Below are positions 15,001 through 27,052 of a stretch of 64,000 bases of DNA, piece after piece. Positions within the stretch are counted from its first letter, which is position 1; the number at the start of each line of letters is the position of its first letter. Position numbers and translations under genes: made by a program. The stretch comes from Eledone cirrhosa (taxonomy: Eukaryota): NCBI GenBank assembly GCA_964016885.1, contig OZ024742.1:218550001-218614000 (forward strand), in the 5' to 3' direction. The notes below the pieces were generated by a model. The model saw only the letters and a program-made list of their open reading frames with translations. It searched no databases and was not told the origin of the DNA.

Positions 15001-18000
15001 GTTGACTACATTTCTACATGTATTGTTGACTACATTTCTATATATGTTGTTGACTACATTTCTACATGTGTTGTTGACTCCATTTCTACATATGTTGTTG
15101 ACTACATTTCTACATGTGTTGTTGACTACATTTCTACATGTGTTGTTGACTACATTTCTACATGTGTTGTTGACTCCATTTCTACAGGTATTGTTGACTA
15201 CATTTCTATATATGTTATTGACTCCATTTCTACATGTGATGTTGACTCCATTTCTACATGTGTTGTTGACTACATTTCTAAATGTGTTGTTGACTCTAGT
15301 TCTACATGTGTTGTTGACTACATTTCTACATGTGTTGTTGACTCCATTTCTACCAGTGTTGTTGACTCCAGTTCTACATGTGTTGTTGACTCCATTTCTA
15401 CATGTGTTGTCGACTCCATTTCTACATGTGTTGTTGACTACATTTCTCCATGTGTTGTTGAGTCCATTTCTACATGTGTTGTTGACTCCATTTCTTCATG
15501 TGTTGTTGACTCCATTTCTACATATGTTGTTGACTACATTTCTACATGTGTTGTTGACTCCATTTCTACATGTGTTGTTGACTACATTTCTAAATGTGTT
15601 GTTGACTCCATTTCTACATGTGTTGTTGACTCCATTTCTCAATATGTTGTTGACTCCATTTCTACATGTGTTGGTGACTCCATTTCTACATGTGTTGTTG
15701 ACTCCATTTCTACATGTGTTGTTAACCCCATTTCTATATGTGTTGTTGACTCCATTTCTACATATGATATTGACTCCATTTCTACATGTGTTGTTGACTA
15801 CATTTCTACATGTGTTGTTGACTCCATTTCTAAATGTGTTGTTGACTACATTTCTACATGTGTTGTGGACTACATTTATACATGTGTTGTTGACTCCATT
15901 TCTACATGTGTTGTTGACTACATTTCTACATGTGTTGTTGACTCCATTTCTACATGTGTTGTTGACTACATTTCTATATGTGTTGTTGACTACATTTCTA
16001 CATGTGTTGTTGACTCCATTTCTACATGTGATGTTGACTCCATTTCTACATGTGTTGTTGACTCCATTTCTGTATGTGTTGTTAACTACATTTCTACATG
16101 TGTTGTTAACTCCGTTTCTACATGTGTTGGTAACTCCATTTCTACATGTGATGTTGACTCCATTTCTATATGTGTTGTTGACTCCATTTCTACATGTGTT
16201 GTTGACTACATTTCTACATGTGTTGTTGACTCCATTTCTACATATGTTGTTGACTAAATTTCTACATGTGTGTTGACTCCATTTCTACATGTATTGTTGA
16301 CTACATTTCTATATATGTTGTTGACTACATTTCTACATGTGTTGTTGACTCCATTTCTACATATTTTGTTGACTACATTTCTACATGTGTTGTTGACTAC
16401 ATTTCTACATGTGTTGTTGACTACATTTCTACATGTGTTGTTGACTACATTTCTACATGTGTTGTTGACTCCATTTCTACATGTATTGTTGACTACATTT
16501 CTATATATGTTGTTGACTCCATTTCTACATGTGATGTTGACTACATTTCTACATGTGTTGTTGAGTCCATTTCTACCTGTGTTGTTGACTAGATTTCGAC
16601 ATGTGTTGTTGACTACATTTCTACATGTGTTGTTGACTCCATTTCTACATATGTTGTTGACTACATTTCTACGTGTGTTGTTGACTACATTTCTACATGT
16701 GTTGTTGACTACATTTCTAAATGTGTTGTTGACTCCATTTCTACATATGTTGTTGACTACATTTCTACATGTGTTGTTGACTCCATTTCTACATGTGTTG
16801 TTGACTACATTTCTAAATGTGTTGTTGACTCCATTTTTACATGTGTTGGTGACTCCATTTCTACATGTGTTATGGACTCCATTTCTACATGTGTTGTTGA
16901 CTCCATTTCTACATCTGTTGTTGACTACATTTCTATATGTGTTGTTGACTACATTTCTACATATGTTGTTGACTCCATTTCTACATGTGCTGTTGGCTAC
17001 ATTTCTAAATGTGTTTTTGACTACATTTCTACACGTGTTGTTGACTCCATTTCTACATGTGTTGTTGACTCCATTTCTACATATGTTGTTGACTACATTT
17101 CTACATGTGTTGTTGACTCCATTTCTACATGTGTTGTTGACTACATTTCTACATGTGTTGGTGACTCCATTTCTACATGTGTTGTTGACTCCATTTCTAC
17201 ATGTGTTGTTGACTGCATTTCTGTATGTGTTGTTAACTACATTTCTACATGTGTTGTTAACTCCGTTTCTACATGTGTTGTTAACTCCATTTCTACATGT
17301 GATGTTGACTCCATTTCTACATGTGTTGTTGACTACATTTCTACATGTGTTGTTGACTCCATTTCTACATGTGTTGTTGACTACATTTCTACATGTGTTG
17401 TTGACTCCATTTCTACATATGTTGTTGACTAAATTTCTACATGTGTTGTTGACTCCATTTCTACATGTATTGTTGACTACATTTCTATATATGTTGTTGA
17501 CTACATTTCTACATGTGTTGTTGACTACATTTCTACATATGTTGTTGACTACATTTCTACATGTGTTGTTGACTACATTTCTACATGTGTTGTTGACTCC
17601 ATTTATACATGTGATGTTGACTACATTTCTACATGTGTTGTTGACTACATTTCTAAATGTGGTGTTGACTCCAGTTCTACATGTGTTGTTGACTACATTT
17701 CTACCTGTGTTGTTGATTCCAGTTCTACATGTGTTGTTGACTCCATTTCTACATGTGTTGTTGAGTCCATTTCTACATGTGGTGTTGACTACATTTCTAC
17801 ATGTGTTGTTGACTACATTTCTACATGTGTTGTTGACTCCATTTCTACATGTGTTGTTGACTCCATATCTACATGTGTTGTTGACTCCATTTCTACATGT
17901 GTTGTCGACTCCATTTCTACATGTGTTGTTGACTACATTTCTAAATGTGTTGTTGACTACATTTCTACATGTGTTGTTGACTCCATTTATACATGTGATG

Positions 18001-20275
18001 TTGACTACATTTCTACATGTGTTGTTGACTACATTTCTAAATGTGTTGTTGACTCCAGTTCTACATGTGTTGTTGACTACATTTCTACCTGTGTTGTTGA
18101 TTCCAGTTCTACATGTGTTGTTGACTCCATTTCTACATGCGTTGTTGAGTTCATTTCTACATGTGGTGTTGACTACATTTCTACATGTGTTGTTGACTAC
18201 ATTTCTACATGTGTTGTTGACTCCATTTCTACATGTGTTGTTGACTCCATATCTACATGTGTTGTTGACTCCATTTCTACATGTGTTGTTGACTCCATTT
18301 CTACATGTGTTGTTGACTACATTTCTAAATGTGTTGTTGACTCCATTTCTACATGTGTTGTTGACTCCATTTCTACATATGTTGGTGACTCCATTTCTAC
18401 ATGTGTTGTTGACTCCATTTCTAGATGTGTTGTTGACTACATTTCTACATGTGTTGTTGACTACAGTTCTACATATGTTGTTGACTCCATTTCTACATGT
18501 GTTGTTGACTACATTTCTAAATATGTTTTAGACTACATTTCTACATGTGTTGTTGACTCCTTTTCTTCATGTGTTGTTGACTACATTTCTACATGTGTTG
18601 TTGACTCCATTTCTACATGTGTTGTTGACTCCATTTCTACATGTGTTGTTGACTCCATTTCTACATGTGTTGTTGACTCCATTTCTACATATGTTGTTGA
18701 CTCCATTTCTACATGTGTTGTTGACTCCATTTCTACATGTGTTTTTGACAACATTTCTACATGTGTTGTTGACTCCATTTCTACATGTGTTGGTGACTCC
18801 ATTTCTACATGTGTTGGTGACTCCATTTCTACATATGTTGTTGACTTCATTTCTACATGTGTTGTTGACTCCATTTCTGTATGTGTTGTTAACTCCATTT
18901 CTACATGTGTTGTTAACTCTGTTTCTACATGTGTTGTTGACTTCATTTCTACATGTGTTGTTGACTACATTTCTAAATGTGTTTTTGACAACATTTCTAT
19001 ATGTGTTGTTGACTCTATATCTACATGTGTTGTTGACTCCATTTCTACATGTGTTGTTGACTCCATTTCTACATGTGTTGTTGACTACATTTCTAAATGT
19101 GTTGTTGACTCCATTTCTACATGTGTTGGTGACTCCATTTCTACATGTGTTGTTGACTCCATTTCTAGATGTGTTGTTGACTACATTTCTAAATGTGTTT
19201 TTGACAACATTTCTACATGTGTTGTTGACTCCATATCTACATGTGTTGTTGACTCCATTTCTACATATGTTGTTGACTACAGTTCTACATAAGTTGTTGA
19301 CTCCATTTCTACATGTGTTGTTGACTACATTTCTAACTGTGTTGTTGACTCCATTTCTACATGTGTTGGTGACTCCATTTATGTATGTGTTGTTAACTAC
19401 ATTTCTACATGTGTTGTTGACTCCATTTCTACATGTGTTGTTGACTACATTTCTACATGTGATGTTGACTCCATTTCTACATGTGTTGGTGACTCCATTT
19501 ATGTATGTGTTGTTAACTACATTTCTACATGTGTTGTTAACTCCATTGCTCCATGTGTTTTTGACTCCATTTCTACATGTGATGTTGACTCCATTTCTAC
19601 ATGTGTTGTTGACTCCATTTCTGTATGTGTTGTTAACTACATTTCTACATGTGTTGTTAACTCCGTTTCTACATGTGTTGGTAACTCCATTTTTACATGT
19701 GATGTTGACTCCATTTCTATATGTGTTATTGACTCCATTTCTACATGTGTTGTTGACTCAATTTCTACATGTGTTGTTGACTCCATTTATGTATGTGTTG
19801 TTAACTATATTTCTATGTGTTGTTGACTCCATTTCTACATGTGTTGTTAACTCCATTTCTACATGTGTTGGTAACTCCTTTTCTACATGTGATGTTGACT
19901 CCAGTTCTACATGTGTTGTTGACTACATTCCTACATGTGTTGTTGACTCCATTTCTACATGTGTTTTTGACTCCATTTCTATGTGTTGTTGACTCCAGTT
20001 CTACATGTGTTGTTGACTCCATTTCTACATGTGTTGTTGACTCCATTTCTACATGTGTTGTTGACTACATTCCTCCATGTGTTGTTGACTCCATTTCTAC
20101 ATGTGTTGTTGACTCCATTTCTATATGTGTTGTTGACTCCAGTTCTACATGTGTTGTTGACTCCAGTTCTACATGTGTTGTTGACTCCATTTCTACATGT
20201 GTTGTTGACTACATTCCTCCATGTGTTGTTGACTACATTTCTACATGTGTTGTTGACTCCAGTTCTACATGTGTT
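1..20275. repeat. 24-bp minisatellite array (consensus GTTGTTGACT[C/A]CATTTCTACATGT), roughly 840 copies, with higher-order structure; continues past the left edge
   Basis: Directly visible tandem unit; translates as 8-aa repeats (CVVDSIST / LLTPFLHV); occasional off-length units shift frame; ends at ...CTACATGTGTTC|AAGG near 20276. Confidence 0.99.
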
Positions 20276-20643
20276 CAAGGGTTTGCTTCTTGTGTTTTAT
20301 TTACTTTGTTTAATTTTCATATGGTAGGTTTATCTTCACGATTTTTTAGGTTTCTATGTTTGTTGATTATGTTATTTTCCCACGGACAATGGCCAGCAGC
20401 ACCTGTGGCAACAGCCACCCAACGTCGTGGGGCTCCTTCCTCAGACAGTCCACCGACGTTCTGATCTTGCAGATGAGCTTGACTGCATAGGATCCAAGGC
20501 TGTTAGTTCTTCACCAATATTAAATTTCTTTAGTTTAGTAATATTTGTAGTTCTTTGGCTCGAATATATTAATTTATTTTTGACTGTTAACAAATTATGG
20601 TCATATTTCAGATAATTTGCCTGACTTATTCTGGAAATCTAAG

Positions 20644-20857
20644 ATGAATTCAGAACTACCCCCTTTGGAGAGTGCAACCAGCTTTACAGATCTCAGTGAT
20701 AAAAAGGATGAAAATGTTTCTGAAGTTCATTATAAAAATGGCAGTAGTTACACAGGCTTTCTAAAAAACAATTGCAAGAGTGGCAAAGGAATTTTCTATT
20801 GGACTGATGGTTCTTGGTACAATGGAGAATATGTTGACAACAAACGATCAGGCCAAG
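20644..20857 (+). CDS. ANKMY1: ANKMY1-like, first visible coding exon (MORN repeats); acceptor AG at 20610-20611, so the exon probably starts at 20612
   Basis: MNSELPP...YTGFLKNNCKSGKGIFYWTDGSWYNGEYVDNKRSGQG (MORN motifs); GT donor at 20858, phase 1. The frame is open upstream of this ATG, so the true start is uncertain. Confidence 0.85.
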
Positions 20858-21893
20858 GTAACTATGTTTGTATATTGCTTTTTACAACTGTTTTTGAATT
20901 GATTTGGCATGAAGGTGCTAAAATGGAAATGTTTTGTTATCAGTAGGAAGGGAATTCGAGGGGGTTGATATTCTGGGGAGAAGGGATTGGATATGATAGT
21001 TAGTGCAAGGGGGAATGGGAGGAGAGGCACAGAATAGATAGAGACAGAAGGGGAGATGTGTGCTTCTATCGACTAGAGGCTGAAGTGTGTTGGTGAGAGG
21101 ATCCTTTATATGAATGAAGCATCTATAAGAAATGAGAGAACAGTGAAGTTTAATTACATACAATAACCAACTGTTGACAGTTGATGTTTATGAATATATA
21201 TACATGTGTTTATCTGTGTGTGTGTGTGTGCGCAAGCGTGCATACAATAGCCACATTGGACATTTAAGCAGAAGCAAGTATTTACTGACTCAATAAACCA
21301 GTGCCACCCACATAGTGTTCACCCAGAGTAGATTAAGCCAGCTCAAACCAATGACTCTACAGCATTGTGAACAGAAGCTGATCATGCTCAGCAATTACAG
21401 ACATCCAGTGTATAGTTGTAATCTAGTTATAATTCTAGCAGCAGACACTATATATGCAAAAACCAGGTATCAGTTCAAAGATGCTACTTTATTGTACTAA
21501 TCAACATTTTCATTTGTTCACTTCACACTTCACCATTTATGCCATCCCAGGAGAAGATCTGTCCTGAATGCATTGCAAAAGAGTTCAGCTCACGAACAAC
21601 AGACTACATAACCAAAGTAATGAAAGTGCATTCTAAGTTACATGGTTTGGTCAGAAGTTGAATTTACTATTGCAAATGAATTGGTTTATTAGCATGTATG
21701 TAGCCATGCAGCTATTTATTGACATAGGTTTGCTTATGTGGGTTTGTAATTTGAGTGACCAGGTCAGGATTCATTTTCTTTCTAGTGATAATTATAATTT
21801 AATTAGTTCTTCTAATTATCATCTAATTCTTAACTGGGAAAAAAATAATGTATCTTTACATTTTCTGTTTTCTAAACTTTTCTCATTAAACAG

Positions 21894-21988
21894 GAAAACA
21901 GCATTTCAGGGATGGCAGTGTGTATGAAGGACAATTTTTAGAAGATGTGCGTGATGGTACAGGAACACAAACATACATCAATGAGGAG
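21894..21988 (+). CDS. ANKMY1: ANKMY1-like exon 2 (MORN)
   Basis: CAG|GA AAA CAG...: (G)KQHFRDGSVYEGQFLEDVRDGTGTQTYINEE|GTAAAC; 95 nt, phase-compatible with neighbours. Confidence 0.92.
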
Positions 21989-22179
21989 GTAAACCACAAT
22001 TCTTACTAATGTGATAGATTGTATAGTCAGACTAAAATAAGTAGCTCTTACTAAACATTTTCAGTTTTCTAATATTTCTGAAATCATTTAAGACCTGGTT
22101 ACTTTTTGGTATCATTCTATTACACACCAGATGTTGATTATATCCAAATTATTTTAGACTTGGCTACTTAGAATCATTC

Positions 22180-22530
22180 AGTGAAGATATGTGGCTTCAT
22201 GCTTAAAGCAATTGGTTCATGCTTAAAGCAATTGGTTGTGAGTTTGATTCTCGAACCAGGTAGGGTGTTGTGTCTTTAAGCAAGACACATTATTTCACGT
22301 TGCTCCAGTTTCACTCAGCTGGAGAAATGAGTTGCAGTGTCACTGGTGCCAAGCTATATTAGCATTTGCCTTTCCTTTGACAATATTGGTGGTGTGGAGG
22401 GGGGAGACTGGTATGTGTGGGCGACTGCTGGTCTTCCACAAAAACACCTTGCCCAGGTTTATGCATCAGAGGGGAACTTTCTAGGTGCAAAACATATGGT
22501 CATTCTTGATCAAAGGGGAGCTTTATTTAT
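22180..22530 (+). mobile_element. Older tRNA-derived SINE related to family 2, with 12-bp target-site duplication
   Basis: Shares AAGCAAGACAC...TTGCTCCAGTT..CTCAGCTG.AGAAATGAG with family 2; TTAGAATCATTC at 22168-22179 and 22531-22542. Confidence 0.75.
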
Positions 22531-24108
22531 TTAGAATCATTCTACTACACATCAAATTTTGGTTACATCCAAATTATTTCAGACTTAGCTACTGAGTAGA
22601 CTGATTGTACTAAACATCAGGTGTTGGTTACATCCAGAACAGTCTAGCCAATTTTATTTCATCAATGCACAGATCCTCTCTGAGAATGTTGTTATTGTTC
22701 TCTTCCACAAGTCCCCCGTATATACCAGAGTGGAACATCCCTCAACCACATTACCTGAATGGTTAAGGGCAATGAACATTTGAGAACAGTTAAGATGCCA
22801 GACACCCAATCTTGGTCTTTCTTCGACTCAGGACTGTTGCTCGATCAAAGAGACAAGTTTGTGGGAAGACATGGCCTCACAAACTGAGGCCATGATAAAA
22901 ACAACCACATTAAGATACTATTTGATATGAAGATTCAAACAATGAGGCAAATGGAACATTGATGCCCAGGCATGTTTATACCCAATAAAGGAAACAAAGT
23001 CAGAAATATGGGGGAGGGTCAGGGAAAGTCGATTATATTGATCCCAGTATTTGACTGCTACTTTATTTCCTTGATCCCAGAAGGATGAAAAGCTAAGTTG
23101 ATCTCAGCAAGATTTGAACTAAGAGCATAAAGAATTGGAACTCATGCCACAAAGCATTTCCTTTTATGCTGTACTCATTATGCCAAATGCACTAATAATC
23201 AAGTTTAAATGTTCATTTTCCATGCTTGCTTGGGTTTGAAGGGTCTGCTGCACAATATATCATTGTTCATCTCATCTGTTTACTATATCATGTGCCTGGT
23301 CCAGCATCATGAGACCTCACCATCCCTTTTTTCTCAACCTCTCTCAGTCAGTAAGGCCTTAGTTGTGATGGCTAAAATGATAAAACCAAAACCAAACTAA
23401 ACAACTAACATTACATGGCCTTATTTTATCAATGTCTATTTACTTCACATGTCTATATCAGTGTAGTTATCTCTTTTCTGTATATAAGTTGATATTGTTA
23501 ATGTTAATCCATTTTCTCACCTCATGTTTATGCAATGAGATTAGCCATAATTTTTCACTTTCCTCCAGATTTTGTAGATCTTTTTACATTCTAGTATTCC
23601 ATTCTATTCTCAGAAACATCTGGAATGGAATAAGGCTAGCCCTTGGAATTGTGTATTTATGGTCATGTAACTCCTGATGGGGGTCATAGGGGCACTGTAT
23701 TGACATATAACATTTCTGGGGTATTTTAAGCCTGGCGGAGCCCATCTCCTCCAAAGCCTGAGTACAGTAGATTTCTTCCAGAGAAGGATAGAGAATGAGA
23801 GAATGGAAGTGAGAAAGAGACAGAGAGGAAGAATCAACCCCAGTACTAGACAGATACTTTTTTTTATGAAACTCGAATGGATGAAAAGCAAAATTGACCT
23901 CAGCGGGATTTGAACTCAGGGAGCAGTGAGCCAAAATGAAACAAAGCATTTTACTACAAAGCATTTTATTCGATGTTCTAATGACCCTGTCAAGCCACCA
24001 AATTGGAATTATAGGTACAGTTTAACTAACAGGCTCCCAAACAGTTTCCATCTACCCACTCACAAGAGTTGCACTAACCTGAGGCTGTGGTAAACGACAC
24101 TTCTTTAA

Positions 24109-24699
24109 CCCTTTAATGTTCAAACCGGCCCAAACCAGCCAGAATTCTCTACCTTTTTTCTGGTGAAACTGACTGTAACTGGTCACTCAAACTGATGTTA
24201 AGGTATTGTTCTCAAAATAAATACTTTCAAAATCTCATAGATTCGATATTATGTGAGATAATTATGTGAGATAAAGCATTTACCATAAAAATATAATTGT
24301 TTCTACTTTTGGCACAGGGCCAGCAATTACCCAGTGTATTACTGGTACTTTATTTTATCGACCCCGTAAGGATGAAAGGCAAAGTTAACCATGGCGGGAT
24401 TTGAACTCAGAATGGCAAGGGCCGTAACTCTATGCGTCAAAGCATGGTGTCCGACCCTCTACCGATACTGCCAATCCCCCGCCTTTACCATAAAAATATA
24501 ATTGTTTCTATTTTTGGCACAAGGCCAGCAATTACCCAGTGCATTACTGGTACTTTATTTTATCGACCCCGTAAGGATGAAAGGCAAAGTTAACCTCGGC
24601 GGAATTTGAACTCAGATCGTAAAGGGACGTAACTACGCTGGAAAGCATGTCTGACCCTCTACCAAATAGTATATATATAGTAATGTGAATGCTAAAGGG
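24109..24699. mobile_element. piggyBac-like MITE containing two SINE insertions
   Basis: TTAA at 24105-24108 and 24700-24703; imperfect terminal inverted repeats CCCTTTAATGTTCA / TGAATGCTAAAGGG. Confidence 0.75.
24296..24665 (-). mobile_element. Two tandem copies of tRNA-derived SINE family 1
   Basis: Each reads, on the minus strand, B-box GAGTTCAAAT[C/T]C, CTTTCATCCTTACGGGGTCGATAAAATAAAGTACCAG and tail GTGCCAAAA.TAGAAACAATT; the first also keeps the A-box TGGCAG..TCGG. TTTACCATAAAAATAT is duplicated at 24279 and 24484. Confidence 0.88.
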
Positions 24700-25056
24700 T
24701 TAAGATGCCACGCAGTGACATCGAACCTCGGAACTTATGATTTCAAAGCAAACGTCTTAAACATTCAGCTATCAGGCTTAGTCCACTCAGGAACATCTAT
24801 TAGAATAAGATTGCATACTTATAGTAGCAAGACTGTAAACTCATGGCATAAGGACCAGTTGACCAGCAGTTGGTCACTAAGACCCCCCACCCCCACACAC
24901 AAACACACCTCCTTCCAAAAATTGATTCTTATACCCATATGCTATATTTGCAAAATGGAAGGATATATCCAATGAATTCATCATTATCATAATCATTTCC
25001 CACACTTGCATGAGTTAGATGAATTGTCATGTTATGAGACCACATATTTCTCATTG

Positions 25057-25290
25057 TATACTGATTTTATTTTTGTGTCACTGTTTACAATATACTGATT
25101 TTATTTTTCTGTTACTGTTTACAATATACTGATTTTATTTTTCTGTTACTGTTTACAATATACTGATTTTATTTTTCTGTTACTGTTTACAATATACTGA
25201 TTTTATTTTTCTGTTACTGTTTACAATATACTGATTTTATTTTTCTGTTACTGTTTACAATATACTGATTTTATTTTTCTGTTACTGTTT
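25057..25290. repeat. 34-bp minisatellite (~7 copies) just upstream of the exon 3 acceptor
   Basis: Unit TATACTGATTTTATTTTTCTGTTACTGTTTACAA. Confidence 0.95.
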
Positions 25291-25309
25291 GCTTTCAATT
25301 TCTATCTAG

Positions 25310-25456
25310 GCATATAAAGGCAATTTTTACAAAGACTTTCGACATGGTAGTGGAGACTATTTTTGGCCAGAAGCATCAAAATATGAAGGATTGTTTTACC
25401 TTAGTAAGAAAGAAGGCTATGGTACCTTCATTTACACGAATGGTGATATTTTCCAG
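25310..25456 (+). CDS. ANKMY1: ANKMY1-like exon 3 (MORN)
   Basis: TAG|[49 protein letters not shown]|GTAAAT; 147 nt. Confidence 0.93.
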
Positions 25457-25751
25457 GTAAATTTTAACTCCTTTCTTCAGAAGAACAGTTGTTGTTATTG
25501 TTGTTTAGCCCTGTGTCAGTCATGAACAAAGGACTTCTATAATCTGAAAACCATTTCAGTTATGATGACCTTCCAGATTTGTTTTTAATGTGATAAGGTG
25601 TGATATGAGGGGGATTTAGTAACTAAGTTTAGCAGGTCAAGCAAACACATAGAGATTTCTTGCTGTTGTCATTGGTGGTGGTGGTGGTGGTGATTGTGGT
25701 GGTGGTGATTGTGGTAATGTTGTTGTTGATGTTGTTGCTGCTGCTGCTGCT

Positions 25752-25782
<31 letters not shown>

Positions 25783-26404
25783 TCACCGCTGCTGCTGCTG
25801 CTGCCTGTAGTCCTAGGCTATAAACCAGAGTGCATAGCATAGATGTTGTATAGTTATAATTTAACTGTTTCGAAACTGTTGGAAGCATGATAGCCATACT
25901 CCTCACTAGGTCCCCGTTTAATCAAGCTCATCGATTATATCCAAATGTCCGATTCTCTGCCTCTCCGGAGATTCAAGCACTCAATGAACAGAACGTCAGA
26001 GTGAAATCTTAGGATATATATATAGGGAATGTCTGGGAGGGTTTTGGGTCATAGGGTTGTTCCCCGCAACCTGCATCATATACCCGTGAAACAGATCAAG
26101 GTCTCCGGACGAACATGCCTGACTGGTACAGAGCTATTAGGTTGTTCCATTGCCAATTAAGTAGTGTAGGCCAACCTAAGGTAACTTAAAGTGATTATTA
26201 AACTAAGACATGTGAAGAAGGTTTAGAGATAAATTTGAAATACAGTAAAGTAGGTGTAGGCTGACTTAAGGTAACTTAAAGGTAATAGTAGAGTGGGACA
26301 CATGAAGATGAATAAGAGATAAAGTTAAAGATTGAGTTAATTAGGGTTGGCGCAAAGTCATACAGTAGAAGAGAGGGATGGACATAGTATGCAACAATAT
26401 ACAA

Positions 26405-27052
26405 GATAAACAGATAGACAAACAGATAGACAAACAAATAGACAAACAGATAGACAAATAGATAGACAAACAGATAAACAAACAGATAGACAAACAGATA
26501 GACAAACAGATAGACAAATAGATAGACAAACAGATAGACAAACAGATAGACAAACAGATAGACAAACAGATAGACAAACAGATAGACAAACAGATAGACA
26601 AACAGATAGACAAATAGATAGACAAACAGATAGACAAACAGATAGACAAACAGATAGACAAACAGATAGACAAACAGATAGACAAACAGATAGACAAACA
26701 GATAGACAAATAGATAGACAAACAGATAGACAAACAGATAGACAAACAGATAGACAAACAGATAGACAAACAGATAGACAAACAGATAGACAAACAGATA
26801 GACAAATAGATTTACAAACAGATAGACAAATAGATAGACAAACAGATAGACAAACAGATAGACAAACAGATAGACAAATAGATAGACAAACAGATAGACA
26901 AACAGATAGACAAACAGATAGACAAACAGATAGACAAACAGATAGACAAACAGATAGACAAACAGATAGACAAACAGATAGACAAACAGATAGACAAACA
27001 GATAGACAAATAGATTTACAAACAGATAGACAAATAGATAGACAAACAGATA
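26405..27052. repeat. 12-bp tandem repeat (GATAGACAAACA)n, left part; resumes at 30731-30818
   Basis: Directly visible; interrupted by the LINE at 27053-30730. Confidence 0.97.

Noticed and set aside
1-20275. CRISPR array
   Set aside because: No unique spacers and no cas genes; the context is a eukaryotic intron-exon locus.
20399-20412. RFX X-box-like site (GCACCTGTGGCAAC) as a ciliary promoter element
   Set aside because: Only the 3' half matches and the TSS is unknown.
11-20464. Very long ORFs (up to 2446 aa) of CVVDSIST / LLTPFLHV repeats as a mucin-like or membrane protein
   Set aside because: A 24-bp unit without stops in two frames gives these automatically. Off-length units switch frames freely, both frames are equally open, and the common A variant puts TAG in a reverse frame.
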